From an uncultured Methanosarcinaceae archaeon (GTDB lineage Archaea > Halobacteriota > Methanosarcinia > Methanosarcinales > Methanosarcinaceae): DNA of 64,000 bases. The notes below the pieces were generated by a model. That model saw only the letters and a list, made by a program, of their open reading frames with translations. It had not been told where the DNA came from and made no database searches. Of this stretch, positions 11,761 through 24,085 are shown piece after piece. Numbering within the stretch: the first letter of the stretch is position 1; each line of letters opens with the position of its first letter. The position numbers and the translations under genes were made by a program. Where the stretch lies: the NCBI GenBank assembly GCA_963733675.1, contig CAVTET010000001.1, positions 96,001-160,000 on the forward strand. Direction: 5' to 3'.

Positions 11761-12777
11761 TCACAAACTTTCTTCATTTCTTCGATATAGATTAAATTTT
11801 TTGCAGATAACTACAGAAACCCAGATTGTAGATGCAGGAATGAAGGTTTTCAGAAATTCTATTGCAAATAAGTAATTTGTACAAAACCTGCAGTCTAGAA
11901 TCATTTTTGACACTTCAAACAGCAGGAGTGCGATAAACACCCGTGTAGCTAGCTGTCCCGCAGTTCCGGTGTCATCTGGCATTCCTTTTCTTATAATAAG
12001 GAGATATGCAACATTCATGCCAAGTAAATATCCCGTATCAGTGCTTAAAGGATGAGAGCTTATCAGAGAGAATGATACGAGTATAATAGGAATAACGAAC
12101 ATAAAACAGTAAAAAAATAAATTCTCGCGTCTGAAAGCTAATTCGAAACTCTCTTTTTTAAAAAAATCTTGTTTTAGCGAGCTTTTCAGAAAATACGCAA
12201 ACACGACTATGGAAATTAACCCGATGATAGCTCCACCTACAACATCTCCTATGAAATGTTTCCCTAGGTATACTCTTGAAAATGTCATCAATACCATCGC
12301 GAAAGGAGTTTATATTTTGATTAACCGATTGTCGAAAACAGTGGCACTCCCTCCCCATAGTGCGGTCGTAAGCGACACATGTCCTGAAGGAAAACCAAAA
12401 GAACCAGATTTATAAGTTTCTTGAAGACGAAATGTGTTAAGAATCTGGTTGTCAGGAAGAGCAAAAATGCCTTTTATTTCATTCCCACTAAAACTCGATG
12501 TACTTGTTATGTTATTTTCTAGGTTACTGATTTTTTTATCCACATAATAAGGCCTTGGAAATCCGACTAATATTTTTAGAATATCGGTAAATATGTCTGT
12601 CCACATAAATAGCTGAAACAGGAGAAAACTTTTTTTAAAATCAATACCAAAAATAGCTATAACTATGATTGGCACTATTAACGAGGGATATCCCATTTGA
12701 GTTATTTGTTGCATTAGATGTGTAAAAAATTGCTTTCCAAGGTGTTGGAGGCAAATTATAGGTTCAGTCTGGAACAT
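11761..12777 (-). pseudogene. PAP2-family phosphatase split by a frameshift
   Basis: K...PRP and FPSGH motifs in 12310-12777; SRVYLGKHFIGDV in 11761-12297. Confidence 0.85.
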
Positions 12778-12959
12778 TTTATAGCTCCCAAAAAAATAGT
12801 TTTATGGATTTGAATCCTATCAAAAAACACTCTTACATTTTTGAATCATTTAATACTTCTTTTGGACTAAGACCAGTAGCCAGCCCACAATAGCATCCAT
12901 GCTACCAGCTTATGGAGGTAGGTAGAAGATTAAAACCCAAAAACGATCCAATCTTCCAT

Positions 12960-13610
12960 TAACTCATTTCTTTTCTTTGCTATGAGTCCTTCAATATACT
13001 GCTCTTATTGGCATGCAATGGCTCCATCATACAGAGTAATTATGTTTTCAGCATTTTGCGTCGCATTTTGAGAAAAATTATAACTCTCCGTAACAACTAC
13101 CCACTGATCGACCATTAACACCTTATTGTGCATGAAATCATGAGGTCCATTTTCACTATATGGAGTGGAATGTTTTTCAACAAGGTTACTCTTTTATGAC
13201 ATTCTATTGCGCAATTTGGCTCGGCCAGTGCCACGAGTATTTCTTTCGAAGTCTTTTATAACCTGGTTTATCTCCAGCCCGTCGTAAACTCCAGATACAT
13301 TAACACTGCGTTCTATTGCATCAACAAGAGCACCTAAAACTGCTCCTGAAGAGATCACCATTGGAACAAGCATTATCTCGTTTTTGCTGTCGAGATTTGG
13401 CTGGCGATATTTAGATCCATTGCTACGCCATCACCAGGAGCAAAATCCACATCAATATCTACATCGTCGATTTCAGTTTCTCCATGATCATTCTTGCCTG
13501 TCCCAGTGATCCGTTCCGCCTCCCACAGTTCTGCAAAGTCAATTTAATAATCACTTGTGATATCTTGTGATTCCAAGGTAACAAGTTTAAATCTACATTC
13601 AGACACATGA
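12960..13610 (-). pseudogene. Phospholipase D-like (HKD) protein remnant
   Basis: Minus strand reads DFMHNKVLMVDQWVVVTESYNFSQNATQNAENII and DVDFAPGDG, with multiple stops and frameshifts. Confidence 0.7.
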
Positions 13611-14683
13611 TTACACTAAAACATTTTATTTCGGGATGATATCATAGTGTATTTACGGATCATTAAATATTAACTAAATATGATATTTGATATAATTTTT
13701 CCACGTTATCTATATAGTGACAACTTTAACTAAATAATAACAAGTGTCCATAGTCATAATACCACAGACCATTACAGCAACCTTTTGGTATAAAAGATTG
13801 CTAATCAACTAATATCCATATCGAAAAATGTAAACAGTATGGCGAAACATATTAAGAAATTCTATTCTATTAAAAATGAAAAAATAGAGATATGTGTTAA
13901 AAATTTATTGAGTTGGCCTATGATATTGAAAAATGGAGTTTTTGATTCAGTTTCTTCATGTTTTTAGTTTTGTTTAAAGTATTATATAATTATTTTTTAT
14001 GTTTTTTTATTCATGATTGTGGTTTAGGCTAATTTATTCCAAGTGTTCCAGGAGCTTCATTTGTTCCATGAGTCACATAAGCTCCATGAGTCATAGATCC
14101 ATAACTTTTTCTTATTTCTTATGGAACTCAGAAAATGCATAGTTTTCAACACAAAAACTGTGCATCAGTCAAAATGAAAAATCATCTTTTTTGCGCCAAA
14201 AAAAGGATATAGAGTCAATCAAAATTTTCAGATTTTTAGGTACATTGTAGTGAGAGTTGAGTTGGCTTTAAAAATTCAATATTTTTTCAAGAAAAAGAAA
14301 TTGAAAATCAGATAATTGCCAGAAAATTATTAGACAGGAGTAATATGATCGTGAATATAATTTTAAAATAAGAATTTCAAAGACTATATGAGCTTACATA
14401 CGATCAGAGAAGATTCATAGACTGAAAGTGTTCATTCATGTGAATTGCTTCGTATTAAGAGAAAATAGTATGTATTTGGGTGTGGAGCAGGATGGAACGT
14501 TCCATATGATTTTTTTTCTCATAAAGTCAATTCAGCTATCACAAAACACTAGCAAATTAATTAATGTTTAGAATTATAAATTTTCAATAGGTTATTTGCT
14601 CTACTTATACGGTCGATACTGGAATCAAGACATTGATTATCTAGTTTCAAATCGGAGATTGTGGAATAATTTTTTTGTTAGAA

Positions 14684-14870
14684 ACTATTTTTTTAATAGT
14701 TAATTTGTTCAACATTAAAATATATCATTAAGAAGTATATTTTATTTAGAAACTGTTTTTTGTATGGTTAAATTTTATGGCAAGCTGAATTTCATTCGAA
14801 AACTATTTTTTTGTATAGTTAAATTTTATGACAAAGTAAATTTTATTCAGAAACTATTTTTTGTACAGTT
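14684..14870. repeat. Array of about 50-bp repeats containing the inverted repeat AACTAT-N7/8-ATAGTT
   Basis: Three adjacent units at about 14741, 14790 and 14841 (TTTTATTcaGAAACTATTTTTTGTATAGTTAAATTTTATG), plus one at about 14675. Confidence 0.75.
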
Positions 14871-14960
14871 TATTTAATATGATTTAGGAAAATTAGAAAT
14901 TGTGTCGAAGAGAGAACTTATAGAAAACAAAAAAAATCAAACTTTGAAGAGGTAAAAATC

Positions 14961-15394
14961 ATGGTTGATTTCAAAAACTGTATGGATAAAGCAGCAGCTG
15001 AAAGGGGAGTAAACTTCAAAGGACTTTTGATACAAAAAGCTTCTATCAAAAACGGCGTAGGAAGAATAGCCGAGGATATTCTGGGATGGGATTGTCTCAT
15101 TCAAGGAATAAATCGAGAATGCTATGAATTTTATGTACCTGAACCAGGACATATATGGCATCCGTTAATCATTAGAAAAGAATGCCCTATTGGAATACGA
15201 ATCATTGACTCCTATGAAGTTGATTTTAAAGAAGCAATAAAGATTTTTCACGAGTACATTCATGAAGAGTGGTTCGTAGCTATGAGACTTTCCTGGCCAT
15301 TAACACCAGAATCTCTAGACCATATTGGCACATCAGATCAATAACGGGTGAAGAGGTTGCTATAGGCGCCGACAGTGGTACCCCATGCACATGA
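14961..15394 (+). pseudogene. Hypothetical protein, likely frameshifted near its C-terminus
   Basis: ORF to 15344; a shifted frame from about 15320 continues PYWHIRSITGEEVAIGADSGTPCT* (PepSY-like ending). GAGGT RBS upstream. Confidence 0.55.
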
Positions 15395-15559
15395 AGAAAT
15401 GTTCGTATATATGAAACTTTAATAGATAAGGAGATGAAAAATTAACGAGATTTGAACGGACAATTACAATTTTATCAATAGTATTTGTTTTCAGTTAACT
15501 GCATATTCGAAAGTAGGCTAATGGAAGAACAAATCTTTAGTAATTAGGTAGGTGAAAAT

Positions 15560-16573
15560 ATGCCCATAAACAAATATGGTGTGCTGAAGGGAAAGGCCAT
15601 AGATATGATGAATGGTCAAGGATCGAAACCTCATTTTCAGGTGAAAATCATTGATGATGATCTATTCAGAATAGCCATTGATGTCAAATCCCAGGAGGAG
15701 CCCTCAACCGTGCTCTACTATTTAGACGAGGATTTTAACCATCCTATCATTAAAGACCTTGGGACTCTATCCCCAGGCTTCCAGGATTTAGAGAGTCGGC
15801 CGGGGGGGAATGCACTAGATTACATTCGGGGGAATCTCTTTGATACAACACAAATGAAACCACTGCCCTATAACCTTCCAGGACCTGATAACGACCTTAA
15901 TGAGTTATTTCACAAATATGTTGATAAAGCAATTTCCATGGAAACTAGTGAGATATATGCTTTTGGCCAGCATTGGGGACCAGAGAATAACAAACGCGAC
16001 CAATACTTCGGTTTCAAGCCTGTAAATGGCATCCATGATATACATATGAACCAGGGTAATAGAGATCAATGGATAAATGATGATGGAACATGGCAGGACG
16101 GTGGCATCCTATTCCATTACCCTGACGAGAATAGATGGGTAGCCATCTTCCTGGCCTTTCAATCGCAGTGCTTCCACACATACGACACTACAGGTCACTT
16201 AATTCCAGAGGCATGCGAAGCTCAAACTGTTGCTGCTGCTGCTGCCGCTACAATCGACAAGCGTGTGAGCATTATTGCTGCCTTGGTGAACCCGGTAGGT
16301 TCTGAAGAAAGGAACGTTACCATCCTTAATGCTACTCCCGAGTCGGTTACACTTAACGGGTGGAAGTTGGCTGATAGGACTAAAATGAAGATGGATATGG
16401 CAGGAACTTTGAATGCTGGAGAAATCATGAAGATTCCGATTACAGTTGATGACTTCAAGTTACCCAAAGATGGTGGAATCATAACCCTATTGGATGATAA
16501 GGGTTTAAAGGTTGATGGAGTCAGCTATACAGAGGAGGATGCCTCCAAAGAAGGATGGACCACAGTCTTCTAA
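15560..16573 (+). CDS. YukJ/DUF2278 family protein with a C-terminal lamin-tail-like domain
   Basis: YGVLKG, LDYIRG, GIHDIHMNQGN, WQDGG, AFQSQ; C-terminal ALVNP..VTILN..LNGWKL..GGIITLLD. Confidence 0.85.
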   Translation: MPINKYGVLKGKAIDMMNGQGSKPHFQVKIIDDDLFRIAIDVKSQEEPSTVLYYLDEDFNHPIIKDLGTLSPGFQDLESRPGGNALDYIRGNLFDTTQMKPLPYNLPGPDNDLNELFHKYVDKAISMETSEIYAFGQHWGPENNKRDQYFGFKPVNGIHDIHMNQGNRDQWINDDGTWQDGGILFHYPDENRWVAIFLAFQSQCFHTYDTTGHLIPEACEAQTVAAAAAATIDKRVSIIAALVNPVGSEERNVTILNATPESVTLNGWKLADRTKMKMDMAGTLNAGEIMKIPITVDDFKLPKDGGIITLLDDKGLKVDGVSYTEEDASKEGWTTVF

Positions 16574-16911
16574 GCACCTACTCTAAAAGAGGAAGATGTT
16601 GATCTTATCTCGAATTAAATATACTACTGTGGGTATATATTCAAAGTGACTGTCCCTGCTACGACAGTATAGACAACTCTTCCAAGCTTTCATGTAATCT
16701 TTTTCAATGCGCTTGATTTAGCAGTATGCATAATTTTATATGAAATTTTCTATGTACCCTTTAATCTTTTGTTTCGATTACTGTTCAATTATTTCCATGG
16801 CAGCATAAGGAAATATGTTTTGTAAGTCATTTATATTCAATATGTAATTGCTAAATGCACAGTTTTTTGTACTAAAATCTTTGTACATTATAAGTTTTAT
16901 TCCAAATTAAG

Positions 16912-16993
16912 CATGTGGCAAAGCAATTGAAATTAACCCGCAGGACACAATAATTTGGGATGGTGAAGTCATTGAATTAAGGAAATTAGGTGA
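16912..16993 (+). pseudogene. TPR fragment
   Basis: Reads ACGKAIEINPQDTIIWDGEVIELRKLG. Confidence 0.5.
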
Positions 16994-17028
16994 TTTATAA
17001 GATCAGAAATTTCCTTATTTGGCTTACA

Positions 17029-18090
17029 CTATCTAAAAAAGTTTCCTCGGAAAGATTGAATTGAGAAGTAACAAAAAAATACAATTATAAGTCCAACAAT
17101 AATGAAGCCAATAGTTTTAAAAATGTCGAAACGTTTCTTCGGAATTTCTATAAGGGTGTTGAAGGCAGGAATACTTTTCGGATATTTAAGATATTTAATT
17201 ACTCCAGGTTTGTGCCCTGCTCCTATCACCACAACAACAGTTTTGTTTCCACCTGCAGCGACATTAAGTATATTTCCTGCAAGATACGCGTCGCGTTCAT
17301 CAATTAATACCTCTGCTGCTGTAGGGGCAAAACCCCTGAGTTCGCTTACAAGTGTAGTTACAACATCCTGTTCTGTTATTTGATCGATGTCTATATCAGT
17401 TCCTTTTCCAACTCCTATAAGACCATCGAGCAGAGAGATAATCATCCTTATTTTCTCCAGAAATTTCATCTTTCTCCAGAATCGTTGAAGAGTTACTTGG
17501 ATATCTCTGTCGATTAAGGCAACTTTAGACCCTAAAGTTTCGGCTTCCTCGATTGCAGCAAGCATCTCAGCGCCTGGTTTTACGCCCATGTCTTCCCCTA
17601 TCTTTTTTTGTATATAAGCAAGAACACATTGAATGGTGTAGTAGTAGATCTTTCCTTCAAAAAGAATATCTTTGATAGGAACCTGGTTCTCCTGGATATT
17701 CCCTTTTATGGAATCATAACGCCCCCTACAGAGCTCGACAGCAACTACATCTGGTTTCAGATTTTTGATAGCGTCTTTAACTTCGGCAACACTCTTTTCT
17801 GAAACATGTGCTGTTCCTATGAGCACAACTTTTGAAGGGTGGTATTCATCCTTGCTGTCACATGGGAATTGAGGAAGCAAAGGAATTGAGATTTCCACAG
17901 CTGAGTCGGTGAGCGTCTCTGTAAAAAATTCGGAAGTTATACCCAATTTTGCTTCGGTCTCCCTGGGTTCTACTGTAGATGAGGGGAAAGGAACTTCATT
18001 TTTTCTTTGTATGTCAATTGGAGAATCAGATGGTTTAGACTTATCGACAGAAATAGAATTTTCTATGGATTCGGTCACAAGTTTGTTCAT
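17029..18090 (-). CDS. TraB/GumN family protein, probably C-terminally truncated
   Basis: LIGTAHVS, VAVELC, KPGAEM, LIDRD, LIDERD, GAGH; ends after one TM helix. Confidence 0.8.
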   Translation of the reverse strand: MNKLVTESIENSISVDKSKPSDSPIDIQRKNEVPFPSSTVEPRETEAKLGITSEFFTETLTDSAVEISIPLLPQFPCDSKDEYHPSKVVLIGTAHVSEKSVAEVKDAIKNLKPDVVAVELCRGRYDSIKGNIQENQVPIKDILFEGKIYYYTIQCVLAYIQKKIGEDMGVKPGAEMLAAIEEAETLGSKVALIDRDIQVTLQRFWRKMKFLEKIRMIISLLDGLIGVGKGTDIDIDQITEQDVVTTLVSELRGFAPTAAEVLIDERDAYLAGNILNVAAGGNKTVVVVIGAGHKPGVIKYLKYPKSIPAFNTLIEIPKKRFDIFKTIGFIIVGLIIVFFCYFSIQSFRGNFFR

Positions 18091-18559
18091 AGAATATATC
18101 GACTCCTAATATTAACTGTGGGAATTGTAGTCAGGGTCACTGTTATGGTTATCTGTAATTTAGGGCTATGCATTATCAATCTCTCTGCTATGAAGAATTA
18201 GGAATTTGGATGAGGATGCATTACTTAAAGGATTATAGGTTTTGTCCAGAGAGGTTGTTGAATTCCAAATAAAACGAATATATCTTCATAATTTTTATAA
18301 TAAGTTAAAGATGGTCTCTTGCTCACAGTTTCCAATAACTCATCTCAACTACCAGATTGAGTTTTGTAGCATGAATAATATAACTCTCTCCCTAAAATAA
18401 CCAAGTTATAGAAAAGTTTAATTTCAAGCAAATAATTCTCTGATGTAATTACTTGTAGGAATTTATATCTTGCTGAGGTTATATTTTTTTATTTTTATTT
18501 ATATATATTTATTTTAAATTCTTGAAGTGTTTTTTTACTGTGGGACTATAAAATAGAAT

Positions 18560-20250
18560 CTCTTAAATATTTAACTCGGATAATATCTGAAGCTGACGTA
18601 ATCATTATGTTTAAAATGCTTTTTTACAGTAATTTCATGGTCTTTCAGACTTTGAACTTGAGAAACAATGTATTGATAGGATTTCTTTTAGGAACTTTCT
18701 TAGTTTTTCCTGAGTACATACCAGACAGTACCACAGTCTGTTCATTCAGAAAAAGAATTATTGATAACTGCAAGGAAGAGTAAATATGGGGAAGTTGCAA
18801 AGCCAACTTAGAGCCTATCCGAAAAATAATCTACTTTCAATTTAAGATCATGTGTGGTAATGACAAAACGGAAAATTGTTCAGGACTACGAAATTTCTGA
18901 AGATTATTGGAAAAAAAATAGAACCTTTACTACCTGTACCTAAGCCAAAAAAGAAGTCTGGAAGACCTAGAAAGAGTGATAGGAAAATAATGAGTGGCAT
19001 TTTCTATCTCCTTGTTACTGGTTGCCAATGGAAAGCATCGCCACGATTTTATGGAGTGCCAAGCACTGTACATGATCGATTTCAGGAATGATAAAGATCA
19101 GGCTTATTTGAGAGCATGTGGATGGCTGGTCTTGTTGAGTATGATTTCGAAAAAGGATTAGAATGGGAATGACAATCAATTGATGGTGCTATGACAAAAG
19201 TACCATTAGGTGGAGCTGGAACAGGAGCCAATCCTACTGATCGTTGCAAAAAAGGCACAAAAAGGAGTGTTTTAAATGATGGTAAAGGCATACCACTTTC
19301 TGTTGTCTTTGATGGAGCCGATCGTCACGATAAAAAGCTTGTAAAAAGGACGTTAGATGCCATCTTCTTTGAAAGACCTTCTCCAGAAGACATAATTCAG
19401 AATATATGCATGGATAAGGGTTATGATTTCACCAATATCAGAAAATTGGTTGAAGAATATGGTTATACTGCGCATATCAAAAGTCGTGAAGAAGAAAACA
19501 TAAGAAGAGACATACCTGGTTTTAGGGCAAGAAGATGGGTTGTAGAAAGGACACATTCTTGGCTGATTAGATTCAGAAGACTCCTTATAAGATGGAAAAA
19601 GAAAATTGAAAATTACCTTGCTATGCTACATTTAGCGTGCGCATTGATAACATTCAGATCAGCAGGACTTTTCGGATAGCTTCTTAGTAGCCTTGGTTTG
19701 AAAATAAATATGGGAATGATTCAGGAAGCTGCTTTTGTCCATTCAGATTCTGGACATGCAAAAGAGGATAAGCCTCGGGAAAATGGAGCAAAAACAAAGA
19801 CAATCAGAGACATAATCTGGACAAAAAGGGTAATAAATCACACCTCGGATAGAAACTTCATAATATAATGTAAAGGGATTATGAGCTCACAGAAGATTTA
19901 AAAAACAACTACATAACTTCATGATTCGTATGTAGATTTATCTGAAAAAATAAAGTAGTTTGCAGAGACAGGAGACACTTTGGACCAAAATCAAAAGGTT
20001 ATTATTTAACAATGAAAAGAGTAGTAAAAGAATATCTTCTTGGAATGAGTGATGTATTATTAAGAAACAAAAGTATCAGCTTAAAAAGAGCTCAAGTAGA
20101 ATGAGTGTATACAGTAACTAAAAAGATACTCAAAGCAAGAAAAATTCTTTTTATTACTGTTCAAAGAGTAAATCTGAAGATGTTGTGTACGGCTTCTTGT
20201 TACACTCTATCTTCAGTTGCTGACATTGAAATTAAAAGGGTTATTTTAAG
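18560..20250 (+). mobile_element. Old degraded IS5-family transposase remnant interrupted by a younger IS5
   Basis: GLSDFELEKQCIDRISF...PDSTTV before 18810; LGLKINMGMIQEAAFVHSDSGHAKEDKPR and TVQRVNLKML after 19686. Confidence 0.7.
18811..19683 (+). mobile_element. IS5-family element, copy 1 (transposase inactivated)
   Basis: TIRs GAGCCTATCCGAAAA / TTTTCGGATAGCTTC, TTA duplicated on both sides, motifs GCQWK, DKGYD, RWVVERTHSW. Carries an extra A in a poly-A run and in-frame stops. Confidence 0.9.
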
Positions 20251-20734
20251 GATAGCGTAAGCTATCTTTAAGATAAAAAAATAATGAACCAGAAATGAAA
20301 AAAATAGAGTTAACTACAGAAATTCGTGGGAAAGATACGAGCAGGATTCCCGCTAAGAAAAACAATTATATGTAAATTGGAGTCTTTTTGGTATTCTGTT
20401 CATTCTGATGTACCAAACAAGTTTTTAGGAGAAATATTTTATTCAATAATATATTTTTTGAGATCTTGTTACAAATATATATATTTTTTAATAAAGTTGG
20501 ATACTTTATGTGGGAAACTATATCTCATGCTTCCATTTATCTAGTACTTTCTTATTTCTAATGGTTCATATTTTGAGTAAGTTAAATGTGAAATAGTAAC
20601 CCATAATAATGATAATTTCAAAAATTCTGAAGGAAATATTTTCCTTCGAATGAAGTAAGAAGTCTGGGAAAGCACAATTTTTTTAAGCGAATCTTCAAGT
20701 TAATCCTAAAAAATCTAGCTGGAGAAGATGCATC

Positions 20735-21289
20735 ATGCAGGAAAAAATCAAAGAAATCGCGCATAGAGTTCGTGAACTACGGGAACTGTCAGAAATTCAG
20801 GTCAAAGAAATGGCAGAATATCTGCAGATATCCAATGAGACTTATAATAAATATGAAAGTGGAATTGAAGATTTTCCAGTAGGTATCCTTTTTAAAATTG
20901 CACACAAGCTGCACATAGACATGACTGTTCTCTTGACAGGGGAAGAGCCTCACATGAATATTTTTACCGTCACAAGGGATAATAAAGGGACAAGCGTTGA
21001 AAGGAGAAAGCAGTACCGATACAAGAACCTGGCTGAGCAATTTATCCATAAAAAAGCCGAGTTTTTCATAGTCTCAGTTGAACCCAAACCTCAGGAGATG
21101 ATTCCTGAAACAAACTCCCACCCAGGACAGGAGTTCAATTATGTGCTCGAGGGAACTTTAAAGGTTTATATTCACAATAACGAAATTATTCTGAAAGAAG
21201 GTGATTCAATTTATTTTGACTCCAATTATGAACATGCTATGGAATCTATGGGAGGTAAACCTGTTAAGTTCTTGGCAGTTATAATGTAA
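20735..21289 (+). CDS. XRE-family HTH / cupin transcriptional regulator
   Basis: N-terminal HTH (YNKYESG), cupin [20 protein letters not shown]. Confidence 0.9.
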   Translation: MQEKIKEIAHRVRELRELSEIQVKEMAEYLQISNETYNKYESGIEDFPVGILFKIAHKLHIDMTVLLTGEEPHMNIFTVTRDNKGTSVERRKQYRYKNLAEQFIHKKAEFFIVSVEPKPQEMIPETNSHPGQEFNYVLEGTLKVYIHNNEIILKEGDSIYFDSNYEHAMESMGGKPVKFLAVIM

Positions 21290-21421
21290 ATTTAATATCA
21301 AACCAGATGAAAACTGGATGTTGTAGATAATGCCTCGAAAAAATTTTGAAACTCAAAATATCCTTAAGCTTTCTAAATACAGAATGCATGGACATACAAG
21401 TAAATATAACTGGTGTCAAAA

Positions 21422-23092
21422 ATGACTTCCTTGCTGAGCCAATTTGTTTCCCAAACCGATTTTGAATCTTATGAGGATTTCAAGGAAAATTTTAAAATCC
21501 TGATCCCTGAAAACTTCAATTTTGCCTATGACGTTGTAGATGCCTATGCGAGAGATTTCCCTGAGAAAGTTGCCATTGTTTGGTGTGACGATAATGGGGG
21601 TGAGAGAATCTTCACTTTCAAAGACCTCAAGTACTACAGTGATAAAACTGCAAATTTCTTCGCAAAACATGGGATAGGTAAAGGTGACCATGTGATGCTT
21701 ACCTTAAAGAGTCGTTATGAATTCTGGTACTGTATCTTGGGACTGCATAAACTTGGAGCTATTACTGTGCCTGCAACCCATATGCTCAAAACACGAGATA
21801 TAGTGTATCGGATCGAAAAAGTTGGATTGAAAATGATTGTCTGCATATCGGATGATGGAATTCCTGAACAGATGAACGAGTCCCATTCTCATTGTGGGAA
21901 TATCCCATTCAAAAAAGTAGTGGTTGGAGAAACAAATTTTGAAGGCTGGATTGATTTCAGGAAAGAACTTGAGGAGGTTTCCCCCTATTTTGAACGCCCT
22001 TCAGGTGAGGCTACTACTAAAAATGATGATATTTGTCTTGTTTATTTTTCTTCAGGAACTTCTGGTTTCTCAAAAGTGGTGGAGCATAACTTTACCTACC
22101 CTTTAGGCCATATTCTTACTGCAAAATACTGGCAGAACGTCGAAGATAACGGGTTACATTATACTGTTGCAGACAGTGGTTGGGGAAAATGCGCGTGGGG
22201 TAAAATCTACGGACAGTGGATAGCAGGTTGTGCGGTTTTTGTCTATGACTACAACAGGTTTGAAGCCAAAAATATGCTTGAAAAAGCCTCTAAATACGGT
22301 GTTACAACTTTCTGCGCACCACCTACAATATATCGATTCCTTATCAAGGAAGACTTGACCAAGTATAATTTCAGTACTCTTAAATATGCGGTTGTTGCGG
22401 GCGAACCCCTGAATCCGGAGGTATTTAATAGGTTCCTTAAATTCACAGGTATAAAGCTCATGGAGGGGTTCGGTCAGACTGAAACTGTTGTCGCTATTGC
22501 AACCTTTCCATGGATGGAACCTAAACCAGGATCTCTCGGAAAGCCAACTCCTGGTTATATGATTGAGCTTATGGATAAGGACGGCAGGTTATGTGAGGCA
22601 GGCGAAGAAGGAGAAATTGTAATCAACACAAAGGAAGAAAAACCTGCTGGGCTCTTCGTTCATTACGGGGGCGATCCTGAGAAAACTAAAGAAGCTTGGC
22701 ATGATGGTTATTACCACACAGGAGATATGGCATGGATGGATGAAGAAGGGTACTTCTGGTTTGTAGGAAGAGCTGATGATATTATCAAGACTTCTGGATA
22801 TAAAGTAGGACCTTTTGAAGTAGAAAGTGCTCTTATTCAGCACCCTGCAGTGCTCGAATGTGCAATAACTGGAGCTCCAGATCTTGAAAGGGGCCAGATC
22901 ATCAAGGCAACAGTTGTGCTTACAAAGGGCAATTTTTCTGGAGAAGCACTTAAAAAAGAGTTGCAAGAACACGTAAAAAAAGTCACTGCTCCTTACAAAT
23001 ATCCACGTATCATTGAATTTGTGGACGAACTTCCAAAAACAATTAGTGGAAAAATCCGAAGGGTAGAGATCAGGGATAGGGATCAAATTTAA
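21422..23092 (+). CDS. AMP-forming acyl-CoA synthetase
   Basis: [46 protein letters not shown] at 21422 preferred to GTG at 21413. Confidence 0.92.
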   Translation: MTSLLSQFVSQTDFESYEDFKENFKILIPENFNFAYDVVDAYARDFPEKVAIVWCDDNGGERIFTFKDLKYYSDKTANFFAKHGIGKGDHVMLTLKSRYEFWYCILGLHKLGAITVPATHMLKTRDIVYRIEKVGLKMIVCISDDGIPEQMNESHSHCGNIPFKKVVVGETNFEGWIDFRKELEEVSPYFERPSGEATTKNDDICLVYFSSGTSGFSKVVEHNFTYPLGHILTAKYWQNVEDNGLHYTVADSGWGKCAWGKIYGQWIAGCAVFVYDYNRFEAKNMLEKASKYGVTTFCAPPTIYRFLIKEDLTKYNFSTLKYAVVAGEPLNPEVFNRFLKFTGIKLMEGFGQTETVVAIATFPWMEPKPGSLGKPTPGYMIELMDKDGRLCEAGEEGEIVINTKEEKPAGLFVHYGGDPEKTKEAWHDGYYHTGDMAWMDEEGYFWFVGRADDIIKTSGYKVGPFEVESALIQHPAVLECAITGAPDLERGQIIKATVVLTKGNFSGEALKKELQEHVKKVTAPYKYPRIIEFVDELPKTISGKIRRVEIRDRDQI

Positions 23093-23929
23093 TAAGGGAA
23101 GTATAATAATAAGGAAACTGTATGAATTTATAACAAAATTGGAACTCGCTAAAACTAACCAGTCTTTTTCCAGAAAAAAGCCACATAATTAGTCAGATAA
23201 TATACCTCTAAAAATAAAATATATTCTTAATTTATTTTTATTATATTTGAATTTTTCGTAGCTTGCAGCGGGGATGAAAACTTCTCAGCGAAATGTTATT
23301 AACTAACTACCATAAATATCTCTACTGTCCAAAGCTATCGTTTACTACTACTTGAAAATTAATTAATGCTGGGTTAAATAAATAATAAACACTTTATTTA
23401 TTTTGTTACACTGTGACATGTAACGGCAATTATATGAAAGAGACTAAATTTTCTAGATATGATATCTATATTGCGTTTTTTGGTTTCCTAAAGTTATTGA
23501 TATAAAATTTTGTTTTCGAAGGATGAGGACTTTAAGTCTCTAGAGCAAGTTCAGATTCATTGTAGTTCCTAAATTTACGAGCGCTAGTTTTCTATTCTTA
23601 GAGAATTTCGATAAACTTCAGATTTCAACAAATTGCATATATAGGCTTTATAAACAACCAGCCTAAAATTGGGGTTTATCGAAATCTTCCTTAGCATTTA
23701 TCTTAATTTTAGCCCCATAATTTAAATATACAATGTAATCAATCCTTTTTTATCTATTTTTTGGAGTTTTCACAATTTCAATAAATATGACTATATCCTG
23801 TTTCGAAATTTATATATTGTAAATTTGATCTTGGCTACAACTGAATACCACGTAACCATAAAAATAGTTATCCATAGACACCATCCTCTCCACGCCGATC
23901 ATCCAGCTCGATCACACCGACTTAACAAA

Positions 23930-24085
23930 TATAGCATTGACCCTCAGGATTCAGATGCTTGGGCAGGCAAAGGACTTGTTTTAGATGAACTAAATAAATC
24001 CGATGAAGCAATAAAAACATTTGATAAAGTAATTGAACTTAACTAGCAGAATTCAATAGCTTTGAAATTCAAAAAATTGATCTAA
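23930..24085 (+). pseudogene. TPR fragment
   Basis: IDPQDSDAWAGKGLVLDELNKSDEAIKTFDKVIELN*QNSIA; no credible N-terminus. Confidence 0.65.

Noticed and set aside
13720-13860. Possible third decayed secreted-peptide paralog (FAILFTFF.../PKGCCNGLWYYDYGH, minus strand); similar hint at 6200-6270
   Set aside because: Similarity is too short and broken to support by eye.
14741-14870. Possible CRISPR mini-array
   Set aside because: Only three degenerate units, about 10 variable nt between them, and no cas genes. Better explained as a tandem or operator repeat.
24044-24046. TAG in a TPR fragment as a possible pyrrolysine codon
   Set aside because: The fragment has no proper start and terminates soon after. 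Ordinary decay is simpler.
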